A stretch of DNA of 64,000 nucleotides, from positions 224,001 through 288,000 of the forward strand of contig CBDCNP010000002.1 in NCBI GenBank assembly GCA_965219415.1. The letters run 5' to 3'. Positions 59,828-64,000 of this stretch are shown piece after piece; the first letter of the stretch is position 1, and each line of letters opens with the position of its first letter. The position numbers and the translations under genes were made by a program. Below the pieces are notes generated by a model. The model saw only the letters and a list, made by a program, of their open reading frames with translations, made no database searches and was not told the DNA's origin. The stretch is from Candidatus Marinacidobacterales bacterium (lineage in GTDB: Bacteria; Acidobacteriota; Vicinamibacteria; Marinacidobacterales; DATDRI01).

Positions 59828-61117
59828 TCAGACCTTCTTCTTCGATACGGTTGATGTCTTCGCCTCGATCTTCAGTTCCCGCTTGAGAGCTTCGCGAAGC
59901 TTGGGAAGATGGCGGTAGCCCACCACCTTCCTCAAGCGCGGTTCGATGTCTACGAGCGCCGTTGCCAACCAGCGCTGGCGTTGGCTCGAGTTCTTCCAGT
60001 GGTCGACCTTCGCGCAGCGTTCCTCGACGAGAGCATTGACGGACTCAAGGCAGTTCGTCGTCTTGAACGAACGGCCCAGCACCGCGTGCACGCCGAGTCG
60101 ATGCAACGTCAGCGTCTCCTCGAGGCCTTCCTCCAGGCTGCCAGCTGCGGATTGGTTCCGCTCTTCTAACTCACCGTGGAGTTGCTCGAGCGCAGTGAGG
60201 GCCTCTTCGTACTCCGGCCTGTTGTAGGCCCACTGGAGCCGCTTGCGCCATGACGCCTGCTCGCCCTTGGACAGGTAGCTCACTACGTTTTCACGTTTGT
60301 GCCACTGGCAGCGTTGTATCAGGGCCCGCTTACGGAATGCCTTCTTGACTGCCGCTTGGAGACCCTTGCCGCCGTCGATGATCACCAGCAGACCCTGGGA
60401 GATATCGAGTCCCCGCTCGAGCAGTGAACGCAGGAACGGCGTCAACACCTGCGCGTTCTCCGTGTCCGTCTCCACGAAGCCCAAGAAGCGTTTTTCCCCG
60501 CAAAGCGTGATGCCCAGAGCCACGACCATCGTTGCCTCGGCGAATGTCTTCCCATCCAGAAACAGCGCCACCACATCCTCGCCGGTCAGATCCCGTTCCT
60601 GCATCTCCCGCAGCTTCGCAGCGCTCGCTTGCACGAACCCTCGGGACACCGTTGAGCTCGACAGCCCGATGGCGCCCGGAATCGCTTCCGCTGCCGCCTC
60701 GTAGTTGCGACAAGAGATTCCGTAGAGAACTCGTTTCAGCAGAAGATCATTCACCTCACCGCCGTGGCTCACCGCCTCGTAGCAGCGAAGCGGAATCTCT
60801 CCTCCCTCGATGCTCCGAACCCGTGGCACACGGATCGGTACCCGCTGGCCGCCAAGCCCTACCGTGCCCGGGTTGCTTCCGGGACGGCGACCGCGCTCCA
60901 GCTCGTCCTTGCGAGAGTATCGCTCTCCCGCCAACGCCTTCACTTCGTCGTCGAGCAACTCGTGAACGTGCATTAGACCAAGGGGGACCAACCAACGGAT
61001 CATCTCTACCTTGGCGTCCAGCGCGAGTTCCCCGTAATCCTCGTGCCTCACCATCTCGACCTCACCCAAACGACGCGACTTCTTGCGTTTCTTGACCGAA
61101 CGTAGCAGACTTCCCAT
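59828..61117 (-). CDS. IS256-family transposase B, copy 2 (one residue shorter; stop supplied by the IS3 end)
   Basis: Near-identical to 50281-51573; ends KKKV* versus KKKVA*. Confidence 0.93.
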   Translation of the reverse strand: MGSLLRSVKKRKKSRRLGEVEMVRHEDYGELALDAKVEMIRWLVPLGLMHVHELLDDEVKALAGERYSRKDELERGRRPGSNPGTVGLGGQRVPIRVPRVRSIEGGEIPLRCYEAVSHGGEVNDLLLKRVLYGISCRNYEAAAEAIPGAIGLSSSTVSRGFVQASAAKLREMQERDLTGEDVVALFLDGKTFAEATMVVALGITLCGEKRFLGFVETDTENAQVLTPFLRSLLERGLDISQGLLVIIDGGKGLQAAVKKAFRKRALIQRCQWHKRENVVSYLSKGEQASWRKRLQWAYNRPEYEEALTALEQLHGELEERNQSAAGSLEEGLEETLTLHRLGVHAVLGRSFKTTNCLESVNALVEERCAKVDHWKNSSQRQRWLATALVDIEPRLRKVVGYRHLPKLREALKRELKIEAKTSTVSKKKV

Positions 61118-61266
61118 CTCGGCTCCTTTCTTCGCGGCTTGATTTTGTTTTGTCCAACGCCATCAAACCACGGGGTTTGGAGCCGTTTCAATTCCCAACT
61201 AAGATTGGCACACTTTCGATGTCGTCATCATGGAGGTCCAAACCCCGCCGGTCCGCCAAATAAGAA

Positions 61267-62647
61267 GGGTTTACGCGGATTCGTGTGGGTAAGTTCTGAC
61301 GGAAAAACAGTGTAACTCATTGTGTGGAAAAGGTATCGAGTACTTCATCAGGTGCTGAAAAGTGGTCCATTTTTAGGATAAGCTAACCGAGTGAAAAATT
61401 CCCAGTCGATCCGCTCGCTGTTTGCGCTGCCAGGTTTCGTGGTTGGTGCCGGATTGAAGGGTCTATTCGGTGACCGATACGCCCGCGTCATCCAGCTCAA
61501 GAGGCGAAAAAAACAGCTGTGTGCTCTTACTGTGGGCAACGGTGCCGGGGGCGCTATGACACAAGTGTGCCGGGTCCGCGACCTGTCGTTGGCAGGCTGG
61601 CGGATCTATCTGGAATACGAGCGTCGGCGCGTCAACTGTTCTGGGTGCGGCGGTGTGCATGTAGAACACCTAGACTGGCTGGCGAACAACTCGCGCTACA
61701 CCCAGCGTTTTGCGGCGCATGTGGGCAAACTGTGCCGGGATATGCCGAACAAGGCGGTGGCCGAGATGGAACGTCTGCACCACGGTACGGTGAAGGCTCT
61801 GGATACGCTCTACATGCAAGAGCAGGTCGACCGGGCGGGGCTACCGGCGCCTCGGGCCATCGGTGTCGATGAGATCTCCATCCGCAAGGGACATAACTAT
61901 CGCGTCATTGTCAGCGACCTGGAGCGGGCGCGTCCCATCTGGGTGGGCGGTGAGGGTCGCAAAGAAACCGACATCGATTTGTTCTTCAAGGCGCTGGGCG
62001 GAAAGAAAAGCGCCCGTATCAAGCTGCCGCCATGGATATGTGGAAGCCCTTCCGGAACTCGGTGATTCACAACGCGCCTAATGCGCGGATCATCTCCGAC
62101 AAGTTTCATATCATGCGTCATCTGTCAAAGGCCCTCGATGAGGTCCGGCGCGGTGAGTACAAACGCCTCAGCGGCAAGGACCGGTCGTACATCAAGGGGC
62201 AGCGTTACACTTTGCTTTCCCGGCGGGAGAACCTGAGCCTAGACGGTCGCCGCGCACTCAAAAAGTTGCTCCAGGCCAACCGGCGCCTGAACACCGCCTA
62301 TATTTTGAAGGAGGCCTTCGGGCAACTCTGGGATTACCGCACCGAACGCGGCGCTCGCGCCTTTTTCACCCGTTGGAAAGACAGCCTCAAATGGCAACGC
62401 CTGCATCCGTACCAGAAGTTCGCCGGTATGATTGAGTCCCATTGGGATGGTATCGCCTCCTACTGTCATCCGGAGAACAAAGTCAGTCTCGGCCTAGTTG
62501 AAGGGGTCAACAACAAAATCCGTGTTCTGCAACGACGCGCCTACGGCTATCGCGACGAGGAATATCTCAAGCTGAAGATCGTGGCGGCTTTCCTTCCGCC
62601 ATTACCCAGAAATGCAGTTTTCAACCCACACGAATCCGCGTAGACCC
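61267..62647 (+). mobile_element. ISL3-family element, copy 2
   Basis: Same IRs as 40647-42029; TSD aataagaa at 61259-61266 and 62648-62655. Confidence 0.95.
61391..62643 (+). CDS. ISL3 transposase copy 2, -1 indel near 62026
   Basis: Near-identical to copy 1, with its indel at a different position. Confidence 0.9.
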
Positions 62648-63020
62648 AATAAGAAAGGATGCCTTTATCCTTCATCCGTCGGGCAAATTCCGAACTATCG
62701 GCGAAGCTTTCTCGGCTCGAGCCGTTTGCTGGCCTGTTTCGTTGTCTCTATTTTCCGTCGCAGCCCAGGAGATAAATAGAGAGAAAAGTGTCACCGCGGT
62801 CAAGCTCTCGCTGATACCGGGCAAGCTTGTTCTCAAATGCTTCAACTGCGTGTTTACACCCATTTCCGCCTTCCCTATTAGGTTTAGGGCAACAGACACT
62901 CAACATCCACTTTAGCACTCATCTGAACATCAATCACTTACGGCGATGGGACTGAATGGAAGGTCTCCTTATCTCCTTCTGGCACCCAAATCACGCGGTT
63001 GCTCACCATCCGGCGTGGTC

Positions 63021-63043
63021 AGGGGCTCCTTCCAAGGGAGCCC
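63021..63043. terminator. GC-rich hairpin downstream of the cytochrome gene
   Basis: ggggctcc(ttccaag)ggagcccc; no clear U-tract. Confidence 0.35.
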
Positions 63044-63076
63044 CGAATAGTTTCGAGACAGGCTTCCGCCCTGACG

Positions 63077-63508
63077 TCAATGGGTGGCCGCGGCCCCCCC
63101 CCAGGGGGGTGGCATCTCGAACGTCGGCGAGTGATCGGGAAGGCCACTACCATGACAGTTGCGGCATGTTCGCTCAGTGGGATCGACCAAACCGGCCTCT
63201 CGGACTTTGTCGGGGTCAATCATGATCTCCGCGAGCCAGTAGTTGCCGCCGGCACCGTGACAAGACTCGCATTGCACTCCGGGGAAAACCGCCGGCCCGG
63301 TGGTATGACAACGAAGGCAACTCGGGGAGGGACTTTCGACACCGAGGCTATCGGTAGCCCGGGCGTGTGCGGTCGCGCGCCAACTCACATAGGTGGAGCG
63401 GTGACAGAGCTTGCAGCGCTCCGCGCCGACGAAGGCGGTCTCGTTAACGCCCAAACAAAGGAGGGAAGAGACCACAATGAGGCAACGAGTGGTGAAAGCA
63501 TTCGACAT
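63077..63508 (-). CDS. Small tetraheme c-type cytochrome (c554-like)
   Basis: Signal peptide; four CxxCH motifs (CKLCH, CLRCH, CESCH, CRNCH); FVGAE.C..CH...Y..W....HA pattern. Confidence 0.88.
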   Translation of the reverse strand: MSNAFTTRCLIVVSSLLCLGVNETAFVGAERCKLCHRSTYVSWRATAHARATDSLGVESPSPSCLRCHTTGPAVFPGVQCESCHGAGGNYWLAEIMIDPDKVREAGLVDPTERTCRNCHGSGLPDHSPTFEMPPPWGGAAATH

Positions 63509-63644
63509 CCTTTTCCTTGTGATCGCTTAGCACGGCTGAACCCGAGACGTCAAGACGTCGAGTCAGCCATCGAGATAGTCGAAAAGAGGAGCGCGACCTC
63601 CTCCCCTCGGCATCCGTCTGCCCGATTCGAACGTTTCGGAGTCC

Positions 63645-64000
63645 TTATTCGGCAAGGTGGAAGACGATTCCCAGTCCATAACGTTTGCCCCGCTTCACCA
63701 GTCGCATCCCATGGCGAAGCCCGATCTTTCGTCGCTTGCCGGCTTCGGTTGCGAAGCGCTCCCGGGTAGCAAAGATGACCAAATCCCCTCGCGTGACCGC
63801 CATCTCCCGAACTTCACCGTTCGGCATTTCGTCCAGCAGAACGAACTCTCCGCCATCGAAATCTCTACCCCGCTGGCTGAGCACAACCAACACTTGGTAC
63901 GGGAAGAAAACCTTTCCGTAGATGTCTCGATGGGGATGGTTCAAGCCTCCGCTGCCGTAACAAAGAATGATCGAGGAGCTACGTTCTTGACCCGCCCGGC
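63645..64000 (-). CDS. 2OG-Fe(II) oxygenase (DUF2086-like), C-terminal part
   Basis: HRDIYG.VFFP (HxD), DF.GGEFVL, RHGM...RG.RY.LG..FH. Confidence 0.8.
   Translation of the reverse strand, partial: RAGQERSSSIILCYGSGGLNHPHRDIYGKVFFPYQVLVVLSQRGRDFDGGEFVLLDEMPNGEVREMAVTRGDLVIFATRERFATEAGKRRKIGLRHGMRLVKRGKRYGLGIVFHLAE

Larger units (their letters stand above)
57193..59830 (+). mobile_element. IS3-family element, interrupted by IS256-A
   Basis: TG...CA ends; 25-bp IRs tgggcctgcttcgtttcagtggaca / tgtccaccaaaccggagcaagctca (19 of 25 match); 3-bp TSD gac. Confidence 0.9.
57141..61217 (-). mobile_element. IS256-B copy 2, carrying nested IS3 and IS256-A
   Basis: Same ends as 50239-51673; TSD gatgtcgt at 57133-57140 and 61218-61225. 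Confidence 0.93.

Noticed and set aside
40647-62647. Composite transposon bounded by the two ISL3 (or two IS256) copies
   Set aside because: Each copy has its own matching TSD pair, indicating independent insertions.
62656-62920. Gene interrupted by ISL3 copy 2
   Set aside because: Rejoining the empty site gives only short ORFs on either strand with no recognisable family; lower-GC intergenic DNA is equally likely.
1-64000. CRISPR array, tRNA or rRNA genes
   Set aside because: No regularly spaced repeats with unique spacers, and no cloverleaf or rRNA-like segments were recognised. The window is almost entirely coding or IS.

Overview
A GC-rich bacterial window. An ADOP-type duplicated ABC permease, a wHTH-PD40 protein, a TPR-CHAT protein and a TIGR02999-like ECF sigma factor suggest Acidobacteriota (inference). 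Housekeeping and metabolic genes: metG with an M16 peptidase pair, DppA-like aminopeptidase, 5'-nucleotidase, KirBac channel, nadE, hutG-hutH-hutU, FNR and a tetraheme cytochrome. Signalling genes: Ser/Thr kinase-TPR, MASE1-PAS histidine kinase, RsbW-like protein, ECF sigma and CHAT protease. Seven IS copies of four types (IS256-A x2, IS256-B x2, ISL3 x2, IS3 x1) are all delimited by terminal inverted repeats and target-site duplications. Three are nested (IS256-B > IS3 > IS256-A, 57141-61217). Many genes carry single-base frameshifts, probably partly long-read error, but there is also decay that indel error cannot explain: IS disruption, in-frame stops and internal deletions, including a HutU missing its NAD-binding domain. 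The best candidate for an undescribed system is a KptA/Tpt1 gene coupled to a beta-propeller gene next to an ADP-ribosylglycohydrolase. Other notable items are a two-copy REP-like element (one copy with a nested palindrome), a 62-bp duplication around a small palindromic element, and an ISL3 zinc-finger segment lying in an alternative frame in both copies. No rRNA, tRNA or CRISPR array was seen. All family assignments come from motif recognition, not database searches.
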